64,000 bases of DNA from NCBI GenBank assembly GCA_030390025.1, contig JASTWF010000367.1:124001-188000 (forward strand), in the 5' to 3' direction. Both the position numbers and the translations under genes were made by a program. Under the pieces are notes generated by a model, which saw only the letters and a program-made list of their open reading frames with translations, had not been told where the DNA came from and made no database searches. Below, in pieces: positions 30,001 to 43,752 of the stretch; position 1 is the stretch's first letter, and each line of letters opens with the position of its first letter. Source of the stretch: Squalus acanthias. Lineage: Eukaryota.

Positions 30001-33000
30001 AATATCCCACCGAGTTTAATGCCAACCTCCTGCTGACTGCCCATTACCGTTAATATCCCACCTAGTCAAATCCCAACATCCTGCTCACTACCCATTACCA
30101 TTAATGTCTCAGCTAGTTTAATACCAACCTCCTGCTCACTCCCCATTTCCGTTAATATCCCAACTAGTTTAATCCAAACCTCCTGCTCACTCCCCATTAC
30201 CGTTAATATCCCACCTAGTCTAATCCCAACCTCCTGCTCACTACCCATTATCGTTAATATCCCACCTAGTCTTATCCCAACCTCCTGCTCACTCCCCATT
30301 ACCGTTAATATCACACCTAGTCTAACCCCAACCTCCTGCTCACTACCCATTACCGTTAATATCCCACCTAGTCTAATCCCAACCTCCTGCTCACTGCCCA
30401 TTACCTCTCATATCCCACCTTGTCTAATCCCAACATCCTGCTCACTACCCATTACAGTTAATATTACACCTAGTCTAATGCCAACCTCCTGCTCACTGCC
30501 CATTACCGTTAACATCCCACCTAGTCTAATCCCAACCTCCTGCTCACTACCCATTACCGTTTACATGCCACTTAGTCTAATCCCAACTGTCTGCTCTCTA
30601 CCCATTACCGTTAATATCCCACCTAGTCTATTCCCAACCACCTGCTCACTACCCATTACCTTTAATATCCCAACTAGTCTAATCCCAGCCTCCTGCTCAC
30701 TACCCATTACCGTTAATATCCCAACTAGTCTAAACCAATCCACCTGCTCACTACCCATTACCGTTAATATCCCACCTCGTCTAATCCCAACCTCTCACCT
30801 ACTGCCCATTACCGTTAATATTCCATCTAGACTAATCCCAACCTCCTGCTCATTACCCATTACTGTTAATATCCCACCTAGACTAATCCCAACCTGCTGC
30901 TCATTACCCATTACCATCAATATCCCACCTAGTCTAATCCCAACCTCCTGCTCACTACCCATTACCGTTAATATCCCATCTAGTCTAATCACAACCTTCT
31001 GCTCATTACCCATTACCGTTAATATCCCACCTAGTCTAATCCCAACCTCCTGCTCACTGCCCATTACCGCTAATATCCCACCTAGTCTAATCCCAACATC
31101 CTGCTCACTACCCATTACAGTTAATATTATACCTAGTCTAATGCCAACCTCCTGCTCACTGCCCATTACCGTTAACATCCCACCTAGTCTAATCCCAAAC
31201 TCCTGCTCACTACCCATTACCGCTAAAATCACACCTAGTCTAATCCCAACCTCCTGCTCTCTACCCATTACCGTTAATATGCCACTTAGTCTAAGCCCAA
31301 CTGTCTGCTCTCTACCCATTACCGTTAATAACCCACATAGTCTAATCCCAACCACCTGCTCACTACCCATTACCTTTTATATCCCAACTAGTCTAATCCC
31401 AGCCTCCTGCTCACTACCCATTACCGTTAATATCCCACCTCGTCTAATCCCAACCTCTCACCTACTGCCCATTACCGTTAATATCCCATCTAGTCTAATC
31501 CCAACCTCCTGCTCACTGCACATTACCGTTAATATCCCAGCTCGTCTAATCCCAAACTCATGCTCACTATCCATTACCGTTAATATTACACTTAGTCTAA
31601 TCCCAACCACCTGCTCACTACCCATTACTGTTAATATCCCACCTAGTCTAATCCCAACCTCCCGCTCACTGCCCATTACCGTTAATATCACACTTAGTCT
31701 AATCCCAAACTCCAGCTCACTGCCCATTAACTTTAATATCTCACCTAGTTTAATCCAAACCTCCTGCTCACTGCCCATTACCGTTAATATCCCACCTAGT
31801 CAAATCCCAACCTCCTGCTCACCACCATTACCATTAATATCTAACCTGGTTTAATGCAAACCTCCTGCTCACTGCCCATTGCCGTTAATATCACATCTAG
31901 TCTTATACCAACCTCCTGCGCAATACCCATTATCGTTAATATCCCACCTAGTCTAATCCCAACCTCCTGCTCACTACCCATTACCGTTAATATCCCGCCT
32001 AGTCTAATCCCAACCTCCTGTCCTCTGCCCATTTCCGTTAATATCCCACCTAGTCTAATCCCAACCGCCTGCTCTCTACCCATTACTGTTAATATCCCAC
32101 CTAGTCTATTCCCAACCACCTGCTCACTGCCCATTACCGTTATTATCCCACCTAGTCTAATCCCAACCTCCTGCTCACTGCCCATTACCGTTAATATCCC
32201 ACCTAGTCTAATCCCAATTTCCCACCTACTGCTCATTACCGTTAATATCCCATCTAGTCTAATCCCAACCTCCTGCTCATTACCCATTACCGTTATTATC
32301 CCACCTAGTCTAATCCCAACCTACTGCTCTCTACCCATTCCCGTTAAAATCACACCTAGTCTAATCCCAACCTCCTGCTCACTACCCATTACCGTTAATA
32401 TCCCACCGAGTCTAATCCCAACCTTTTGCTCACTACCCATTACCGTTAATATTCCACCTAGTCTAATTCCAAACTCCTGCTAACTACCCATTCCCGTTAA
32501 AATCACACCTACTCCAAACCCAACCTCTTGCTCACTACCCATTACCGTTAATATTCCACCTAGTCTAATTCCAAACTCCTGCTAACTGCCCATTACCGTT
32601 AATATCCCACCTAGTCTAATCCCCACCTCCTGCTCACTGCCCATTACCGTTAATATGCCACCCAGTCTAATCCCAACATCCTGCTCACTACCCATTACCA
32701 ATAATATCCCACCTAGTCTAATGCCAACCTCCTGCTCACTGCCCATTACCGTTAACATCCCACCTAGTCTAATCCCAACCTCCTGCTCACTACCCATTAC
32801 CGTTAATATCCCGCCTAGTCTAATCCCAACCTCCTGCCCTCTTCCCATTTCCGTTAATATCCCACCTAGTCTAATCCCAACCGCCTGCTCTCTACCCATT
32901 ACTGATAATATCCCACCGAGTCTATTCCCAACCACCTGCTCACTACCCATTACCGTTATTATCCCACCTAGTCTAATCCCAACCTCCTGCTCACTGCCCA

Positions 33001-36000
33001 TTACCGTTAATATCCCACCTAGTCTAATCCCAACTTCCCACCTGCTGCCCATTACCGTTAATATCCCATCTAGTCTAATCCCAACCTCCTGCTCATTACC
33101 CATTACCGTTATTATCCCACCTAGTCCAATCCCAACCTACTGCTCTCTAACCATTCCCGTTAAAATCACACCTAGTCTAATCCCAACCTCCTGCTCACTA
33201 CCCATTACCGTTAATATCCCACCGAGTCTAATCCCAACCTTTTGCTCACTACCCATTACCGTTAATATTCCACCTAGTCTAATTCCAAACTCCTGCTAAC
33301 TACCCATTCCCGTTAAAATCACACCTACTCCAAACCCAACCTCTTGCTCACTACCCATTACCGTTAATATTCCACCTAGTCTAATTCCAAACTCCTGCTA
33401 ACTGCCCATTACCGTTAATATCCCACCTAGTCTAATCCCCACCTCCTGCTCACTGCCCATTACCGTTAATATGCCACCCAGTCTAATCCCAACATCCTGC
33501 TCACTACCCATTACAGTTAATATCCCACCTAGTCTAATGCCAACCTCCTGCTCACTGCCCATTACCGTTAACATCCCACCTAGTCTAATCCCAAACTCCT
33601 GCTCACTACCCATTACCGCTAAAATCACACCTAGTCTAATCCCAACCTCCTGCTCACTACCCATTACCGTTAATATGCCACCTAGTCTAATCCCAACTGT
33701 CTGCTCTCTACCCATTACCGTTAATATCCCACCTAGTCTAATCACAACCACCTGCTCACTACCCATTACCTTTAATATCCCAACTAGTCTAATCCCAGCC
33801 TCCTGCTCACTACCCATTACCGTTAATATCCCACCTAATCTAAACCCAACCACCTGCTCACTACCCATTACCGTTAATATCCCACCTAGTCTATTCCCAA
33901 CCACCTGCTCACTACCCATTACCGTTATTATCCCACCTAGTCTTATCCCAACCTCCTGCTCACTCCCCATTACCGTTAATATCACACCTAGTCTAATCCC
34001 AACCTCCTGCTCACTACCCATTACCGTTAATATCCCACCTAGTCTAATCCCAACCTCCTGCTTACTGCCCATTACCGTTAATATCCCACCTAGTCTATTC
34101 CCAACCACCTGCTCACTACCCATTACCGTTATTATCCCACCTAGTCTAATCCCAACCTCCTGCTCACTGCCCATTACCGTTAATATCCCACCTAGTCTAA
34201 TCCCAACTTCCCACCTTCTGCCCATTACCGTTAATATCCCATCTAGTCTAATCCCAACCTCCTGCTCATTCCCCATTACCGTTATTATCCCACCTAGTCT
34301 AATCCCAACCTACTGCTCTCTACCCATTCCCGTTAAAATCACACCTAGTCTAATCCCAACCTCCTGCTCACTACCCATTACCGTTAATATCCCACCGAGT
34401 CTAATCCCAACCTTTTGCTCACTACCCATTACCGTTAATATTCCACATAGTCTAATTCCAAACTCCTGCTAACTACCCATTCCCGTTAAAATCACACCTA
34501 CTCCAAACCCAACCTCTTGCTCACTGCCCATTACCGTTAATATTCCACCTAGTCTAATTCCAAACTTCTGCTAACTGCCCATTACCGTTAATATCCCACC
34601 TAGTCTAATCCCCACCTCCTGCTCACTGCCCATTACCGTTAATATGCCACCCAGTCTAATCCCAACATCCTGCTCACTACCCATTACAGTTAATATCCCA
34701 CCTAGTCTAATCCCAACTGTCTGCTCTCTACCCATTACCGTTAATATCCCACCTAGTCTAATCACAACCACCTGCTCACTACCCATTACCTTTAATATCC
34801 CAACTAGTCTAATCCCAGCCTCCTGCTCACTACCCATTACCGTTAATATCCCACCTAATCTAAACCCAACCACCTGCTCACTACCCATTACCGTTAATAT
34901 CCCACCTAGTTTAATCCCAACCTCCTGCTCACTCCCTATTACCGTTAATATCCCACCTAGTCTAATCCCAACCTCCTGCTCACTACCCATTATCGTTAAT
35001 ATTCCACCTAGTCTTATCCCAACCTCCTGCTCACTCCCCATTACCGTTAATATCACACCTAGTCTAATCCCAACCTCCTGCTCACTACCCATTACCGTTA
35101 ATATCCCACCTAGTCTAATCCCAACCTCCTGCTCACTGCCCATTACCGTTAATATCCCACCTAGTCTAATCCCAACATCCTGTTCACTACCCATTACAGT
35201 TAATATCCCAATTTGTCTAATGCCAACCTCCTGCTCTCTGCCCATTACCGTTAATATCCCACCAAGTCTAATCCCAACCTCCTGCTCACTACCCATTACC
35301 GTTAAAATCACACCTAGTCTAATCCCAACCTCCTGCTCACTACCCATTACCGTTAAGATAACACCTAGTCTATTCCCAACTGTCTGCTCTCTACCCATTA
35401 CTGTTAATATCCCACCTAGTCTATTCCCAACCATCTGCTCACTACCCATTACCGTTATTATCCCACCTAGTCTAATCCCAACCCCCTGCTCACTTCCCAT
35501 TACCGTTAATATCCCACCTAGTCTAATCCCAACTTCCCACCTACTGCCCATTACCGTTAATATCCCATCTAGTCTAATCCCAACCTCCTGCTCATTACCC
35601 ATTACCGTTAATATCCCACCTAGTCTAATCCCAACCTACTGCTCTCTACCCATTTCCGTTAAAATCACACCTAGTCTAATCCCAACCTCCTGCTCACTAC
35701 CCATTACCGTTAATATCCCACCGAGTCTAATCCCAACCTTTTGCTCACTACCCATTACCGTTAATATTCCACCTAGTCTAATTTCAAACTCCTGCTAACT
35801 ACCCATTCCCCTTAAAATCACACCTAGTCCAAACCCAACCTCTTGCTCACTACCCATTACCGTTAATATTCCACCTAGTCTAATTCCAAATTCCTGCTAA
35901 CTGCCCATTACCGTTAATATCCCACCTAGTCTAATCCCCACCTCTTGCTCACTGCCCATTACAGTTAATATCCCACCCAGTCTAATCCCAACATCCTGCT

Positions 36001-36562
36001 CACTACCCATTACAGTTAATATCCCACCTTGTCTAATGCCAAACTCCTGCTCACTGCCCATTACCGTTAACATCCCACCTAGTCTAATCCCAAACTCCTG
36101 CTCACTACCCATTATCGCTAAAATCACACCTAGTCTAATCCCAACATCCTGCTCACTACCCATTACCGTTAATACGCCACCTAGTCTAATCCCAACTGTC
36201 TGCTCTCTACCCATTACCGTTAATATCCCACCTAGTCTAATCACAACCACCTGTTCACTACCCATTACTTTTAATATCCCAACTAGTCTAATCCCAGCCT
36301 CCTGCTCACTACCCATTACCGTTAATATCCCACCTAGTCTAAACCCAACAAACCTGCTCACTACCCATTACCGTTATTATCCCACCTACTCTAATCCCAA
36401 CCTCCTGCTCACTGCCCATTACCGTTAATATCCCACCTAGTCTAATCCCAATTTCCCACCTACTGCCCATTACCGTTAATATCCCATCTAGTCTAATCCC
36501 AACCTCCTGCTCATTACCCATTACCGTTATTATCCCACCTAGTCTAATCCCAACCTACTGCT

Positions 36563-36671
36563 ACGATAGCAAAATTCTGATGAAAGGTCATCGACCTGAA
36601 ACGTCACTCTCTTTCTCTCTCCACGGATGCTGCCTGGCCTGCTGAGTTTTTCCAGCGTTTTCTGTTGTTAT
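36563..36671 (+). mobile_element. 109-bp short insertion, probably Penelope-like-element-derived or SINE-like, with a 15-bp target-site duplication
   Basis: Non-satellite sequence is flanked by identical TCCCAACCTACTGCT at 36548-36562 and 36672-36686. Removing the insert and one copy restores the ...CCTACTGCTCTCTACCCATTCCCG monomer seen in sister higher-order repeats. Confidence 0.85.
36571..36611 (+). ncRNA. Minimal type I hammerhead ribozyme motif, helix I degenerate
   Basis: CTGATGA (36577-36583), an extra A, helix II AGGTC-atc-GACCT (36585-36597), GAAA (36598-36601), then CGTC with palindromic ACGT and a GUC cleavage triplet (36603-36605). The helix I arms (AAAATT / ACTCTC) pair poorly. 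Confidence 0.72.
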
Positions 36672-39600
36672 TCCCAACCTACTGCTCTCTACCCATTCCC
36701 GTTAAAATCACACCTAGTCTAATCCCAACCTCCTGCTCACTACCCATTACCGTTAATATCCCACCGAGTCTAATCCCAACCTTTTGCTCACTACCCATTA
36801 CCGTTAATATTCCACCTAGTCTAATTCCAAACTCCTGCTAACTCCCCATTCCCGTTAAAATCACACCTACTCCAAACCCAACCTCTTGCTCACTACCCAT
36901 TACCGTTAATATTCCACCTAGTCTAATTCCAAACTCCTGCTAACTGCCCATTACCGTTAATATCCCACCTAGTCTAATCCCCACCTCCTGCTCACTGCCC
37001 ATTACCGTTAATATGACACCCAGTCTAATCCCAACATCCTGCTCACTACCCATTACAGTTAATATCCCACCTAGTCTAATGCCAACCTCCTGCTCACTGC
37101 CCATTACCGTTAACATCCCACCTAGTCTAATCCCAAACTCCTGCTCACTACCCATTACCGCTAAAATCACACCTAGTCTAATCCCAACCTCCTGCTCACT
37201 ACCCATTACCGTTAATATGCCACCTAGTCTAATCCCAACTGTCTGCTCTCTACCCATTACCGTTAATATCCCACCTAGTCTAATCACAACCACCTGCTCA
37301 CTACCCATTACCTTTAATATCCCAACTAGTCTAATCCCAGCCTCCTGCTCACTACCCATTACCGTTAATATCCCACCTAATCTAAACCCAACCACCTGCT
37401 CACTACCCATTACCGTTAATATCCCACCTAGTTTAATCCCAACCTCCTGCTCACTCCCTATTACCGTTAATATCCCACCTAGTCGAATCCCAACCTCCTG
37501 CTCACTACCCATTATCGTTAATATTCCACCTAGTCTTATCCCAACCTCCTGCTCACTCCCCATTACCGTTAATATCACACCTAGACTAATCCCAACCTCC
37601 TGCTCACTACCCATTACCGTTAATATCCCACCTAGTCTAATCCCAACCTCCTGCTTACTGCCCATTGCCGTTAATATCCCACCTAGTCTATTCCCAACCA
37701 CCTGCTCACTACCCATTACCGTTATTATCCCACCTAGTCTAATCCCAACCTCCTGCTCACTGCCCATTACCGTTAATATCCCACCTAGTCTAATCCCAAC
37801 TTCCCACCTACTGCCCATTACCGTTAATATCCCATCTAGTCTAATCCCAACCTCCTGCTCATTACCCATTACCGTTATTATCCCACCTAGTCTAATCCCA
37901 ACCTACTGCTCTCTACCCATTCCCGTTAAAATCACACCTAGTCTAATCCCAACCTCCTGCTCACTACCCATTACCGTTAATATCCCACCGAGTCTAATCA
38001 CAACCTTTTGCTCACTACCCATTACCGTTAATATTCCACCTAGTCTAATTCCAAACTCCTGCTAACTACCCATTCCAGTTAAAATCACACCTGCTCCAAA
38101 CCCAACCTCTTGCTCACTGCCCATTACCGTTAATATTCCACCTAGTCTAATTCCAAACTACTGCTAACTGCCCATTACCGTTAATATCCCACCTAGTCTA
38201 ATCCCCACCTCCTGCTCACTGCCCATTACCGTTAATATGCCACCCAGTCTAATCCCAACATCCTGCTCACTACCCATTACAGTTAATATCCCACCTAGTC
38301 TAATGCCAACCTCCTGCTCACTGCCCATTACCGTTAACATCCCACCTAGTCTAATCCCAAACTCCTGCTCACTACCCATTACCGCTAAAATCACACCTAG
38401 TCTAATCCCAACCTCCTGCTCACTACCCATTACCGTTAATATGCCACCTAGTCTAATCCCAACTGTCTGCTCTCTACCCATTACCGTTAATATCCCACCT
38501 AGTCTAATCACAACCATCTGCTCACTACCCATTACCTTTAATATCCCAACTAGTCTAATCCCAGCCTCCTGCTCACTACCCATTACCGTTAATATCCCAC
38601 CTAATCTAAACCCAACCACCTGCTCACTACCCATTACCGTTAATATCCCACCTAGTTTAATCCCAACCTCCTGCTCACTCCCTATTACCGTTAATATCCC
38701 ACCTAGTCTAATCCCAACCTCCTGCTCACTACCCATTATCGTTAATATTCCACCTAGTCTTATCCCAACCTCCTGCTCACTCCCCATTACCGTTAATATC
38801 ACACCTAGTCTAATCCCAACCTCCTGCTCACTACCCATTACCGTTAATATCCCACCTAGTCTAATCCCAACCTCCTGCTCACTGCCCATTACCGTTAATA
38901 TCCCACCTAGTCTAATCCCAACATCCTGTTCACTACCCATTACAGTTAATATCCGAACTTGTCTAATGCCAACCTCCTGCTCTCTGCCCATTACCGTTAA
39001 TATCCCACCAAGTCTAATCCCAACCTCCTGCTCACTACCCATTACCGTTAAAATCACACCTAGTCTAATCCCAACCTCCTGCTCACTACCCATTACAGTT
39101 AAGATAACAGCTAGTCTATTCCCAACCTATGCTCTCTACCCGTTACTGTTAATATCCCACCTAGTCTATTCCCAACCATCTGCTCACTACCCATTACCGT
39201 TATTATCCCACCTAGTCTAATCCCAACCTCCTGCTCACTTCCCATTACCGTTAATATCCCACCTAGTCTAATCCCAACTTCCCACCTATTGCCCATTACC
39301 GTTAATATCCCATCTAGTCTAATCCCAACCTCCTGCTCATTACCCATTACCGTTAATATCCCACCTAGTCTAATCCCAACCTACTGCTCTCTACCCATTT
39401 CCGTTAAAATCACACCTAGTCTAATCCCAACCTCCTGCTCACTACCCATTACCGTTAATATCCCACCGAGTCTAATCCCAACCTTTTGCTCACTACCCAT
39501 TACCGTTAATATTCCACCTAGTCTAATTCCAAACTCCTGCTAACTACCCATTCCCCTTAAAATCACACCTAGTCCAAACCCAACCTCTTGCTCACTACCC

Positions 39601-42600
39601 ATTACCGTTAATATTCCACCTAGTCTAATTCCAAACTCCTGCTAACTGCCCATTACCGTTAATATCCCACCTAGTCTAATCCCCACCTCCTGCTCACTGC
39701 CCATTACAGTTAATATCCCACCCAGTCTAATCCCAACATCCTGCTCACTACCCATTACAGTTAATATCCCACCTAGTCTAATGCCAACCTCCTGCTCACT
39801 GCCCATTACCGTTAACATCCCACCTAGTCTAATCCCAAACTCCTGCTCACTACCCATTATCGCTAAAATCACACCTAGTCTAATCCCAACATCCTGCTCA
39901 CTATCCATTACCGTTAATATGCCACCTAGTCTAATCCCAACTGTCTGCTCTCTACCCATTACCGTTAATATCCCACCTAGTCTAAACCCAACCACCTGCT
40001 CACTAACCATTACCGTTAATATCCCACCTAGTTTAATCCCAACCTCCTGCTCACTCCCCATTACCGTTAATATCCCACCTAGTCTAATCCCAACCTCCTG
40101 CTCACTACCCATTATCGTTAATATTCCACCTCGTCTTATCCCAACCTCCTGCTCACTCCCCATTACCGTTAATATCACACCTAGTCTAATGCCAACCTCC
40201 TGCTCACTGCCCATTACCGTTAACATCCCACCTAGTCTAATCCCAAACTCCTGCTCACTACCCATTACCGCTAAAATCACACCTAGTCTAATCCCAACCT
40301 CCTGCTCACTACCCATTACCGTTAATATGCCACCTAGTCAAATCCCAACTGTCTGCTCGCTACCCATTACCGTTAATATCCCACCTAGTCTAATCCCAAC
40401 CACCTGCTCACTACCCATTACCTTTAATATCCCAACTAGTCTAATCCCAGCCTCCTGCTCACTACCCATTACCGTTGATATCCCACCTAGTCTAAACCCA
40501 ACCACCTGCTCACTACCCATTACCGTTAGTATCCCACCTCGTCTAATCCCAACCTCTCACCTACTGCCCATTACCGTTAATATCCCATCTAGTCTAATCC
40601 CAATTTCCTGCTCATTACACATTACTGTTAGTATTCCACCTAGACTAATCCCAACCTCCTGCTCACTGCCCATTACCGTTAATATCCCAACTAGTCTAAT
40701 CCCAACCTTCTGCTCATTACCCATTACCGTTAATATCCCACCTAGTCTAATCCCAACCTCCTGCTCACTGCCCATTCCCGTTAATATCCCACCTAGTCTA
40801 ATCCCAACCTTCTGCTCACTTCCCATTACCGTTAATATACCACCTAGTCTAATCCCAACCTCCTGCTCACTGCACATTACCGTTAATATCCCAGCTCGTC
40901 TAATCCCAAACTCATGCTCACTATCCATTACCGTTAATATTACACTTAGTCTAATCCCACCACCTGCTCACTGCCCATTACCGTTAATATCACACTTAGT
41001 CTAATCCCAAACTCCAGCTCACTGTCCATTAAATTTAATATCTCACCTAGTTTAATCCAAACCTCCTGCTCACTGCCCATTACCGTTAATATCCCACCTA
41101 GTCAAATCCCAACCTCCTGCTCACTACCATTACCGTTAATATCTAACCTGGTTTAATGCAAACCTCCTGCTCACTGCCCATTACCGTTAATATCCCAACT
41201 TGTCTAATGCCAACCTCCTGCTCTCTGCCCATTACCGTTAATATCCCACCAAGTCTAATCCCAGCCTCCTGCTCACTACCCATTACTGCTAAAATAACAC
41301 CTAGTCTAATCCCAACCTCCTGCTCACTACCCATTACCGTTAATATAACACCTAGTCTATTCCCAACTGTCTGCTCTCTACCCATTATTGTTAATATACC
41401 ACCTAGTCTATTCCCAACCACCTGCTCACTACCCATTTCCGTTATTATCCCACCTAGTCTAATCCCAACCTCCTGCTCACTGCAAATTACCGTTAATATC
41501 CCACCTAGTCTAATCCCAACTTCCCACCTACTGCCCATTACCGTTAATATCCCATCTTGTCTAATACCAACCTCCTGCTCATTACCCATTACCGTTAATA
41601 TCCCACCTAGTCTAATCCCAACCTACTGCTCTCTACCCATTCCCGTTAAAATCACACCTAGTCTAATCCCAACCTCCTGCTCACTACCCATTACCGTTAA
41701 TATCCCACCGAGTCTAATCCCAACCTTTTGCTTACTACCCATTACCGTTAATATTCCACCTAGTCTAATTCCAAACTCCTGCTAACTACCCATTCCCGTT
41801 AAAATCACATCTAGTCCAAACCCAACCTCTTGCTCACTACCCATTACCGTTAATATTGCACCTAGTCTAATTCCAAACTCCTGCTAACTGCCCATTACCG
41901 TTAATATCCCACCTAGTCTAATCCCCACCTCCTGCTCACTGCCCATTACCATTAATATCCCACCCAGTCTAATCCCAACATCCTGCTCACTACCCATTAC
42001 AGTTAATATCCCACCTATTCTAATGCCAACCTCCTGCTCACTGCCCATTACCGTTAATATCCCACCTAGTCCAATCCCAAACTCCTGCTCACTTCCCATT
42101 ACCGCTAAAATCACACCTAGTCTAATCCCAACCTCCTGCTCACTACCCATTACCGTTAATATGCCACCTAGTCTAATCCCAACTGTCTGCTCTCTACCCA
42201 TTACCGTTAATATGGCACCTAGTCTAATCCCAACCACCTGCTCACTACCCATTACCTTTAATATCCCAACTAGTTTAATCCCAGACTCCTGCTCACTTCC
42301 CATTACCGTTAATATCCCAGCTAGTCTAAACCCAACCACCTGCTCACTACCAATTACCGTTAATATCCCACCTCGTCTAATCCCAACCTCTCACCTACTG
42401 CCCATTACCGTTAATATCCCATCTAGTCTAATCCCAACCTCCTTCTCATTACCCATTACTTTTAATATCCCACCTAGACTAATCCCAACCTACTGCTCAT
42501 TACCCATTACCATTAATATCCCACCTAGTCTAATCCCAAACTCCTGCTCACTACCCATTACCGTTAATATCCCATCTAGTCTAATCCCAACCTTCTGCTC

Positions 42601-43752
42601 ATTACCCATTACCGTTAATAACCCACCTAGTCTAATCCCAACCTCCTGCTCACTGCCCATTCCCTTTAATATCCCACCCAGTCTAATCTCAACCTTCTGC
42701 TCACTGCCCATTACCGTTAATATACCACCTAGTCTAATCCCAAACTCCTGCTCACTGCACATTACCGTTAATATCCCAGCTCGTCTAATCCCAAACGAAT
42801 GCTCACTATCCATTACCGTTAATATTACACTTAGTCTGATCCCCACCACCTGCTCACTACCCATTACTGTTAATATCCCACCTAGTCTAATCCCAACCTC
42901 CTGCTCACTGCCCATTACCGTTAATATCACACTTAGTCTAATCCCAAACTCCAGCTCACTGCCCATTAACTTTAATATCTCACCTACTTAAATCCCAACC
43001 TCCTGCTCACTACCCATTACTGTTAATATCCCACCGAGTCTCATCCAAACCTCCTGCTCACTGCCCATTACCGTTAATATCCCACCTAGTCAAATCCTAA
43101 CCTCCTGCTCACTACCATTACCATTAATATCTAACCTGGTTTAATGCCAACATCCTGCTCACTGCCCATTACCGTTAATATCACACCTAGTCTAATACCA
43201 ACCTCCTGCTCAATACCCATTATCATTAATATCCCACCTAGTCTAATCCCAACCTCCTGCTCACTGCCCATGACCGTTAATATCCCGCCTAGTCTAATCC
43301 CAACCTCCTGCTCACTGCCCATTTCCGTTAATATACCACCTAGTCTAATCCCAACCTCCTGCTCACTACCCATTACCGTTAATATAACACCTAGGGGTAG
43401 AAATGAGGTCGCGCCCCATTTGGGGCGCAAATATCGTCCGGACGCAAATATTAGCGCCTGGCGCTAATTATCGGCACTGACAGGAAACTTCACTTTTACC
43501 GCCCCGGGAGGTGAGTGGAGCGCTAAAGCAGGCGCTGCACACCTGTCTTAAGGCGCAAAGGCCAAGGAGTGAGGCGCTAACTCAGCGCGCGACCGCAGCG
43601 CAGCTGCTGCCAGTTAGCGAGGGAACACAGACCCACTGGCGCCGGACACTTCTTAAAGCGGGGGGGGGCCACTTGCTGCCCAGCCACACCCTGCTCATTG
43701 CAGCCTTGAATCTCAGCCTCGAGAGACCTGTGAATCCATTTTGCTGCCAAGC

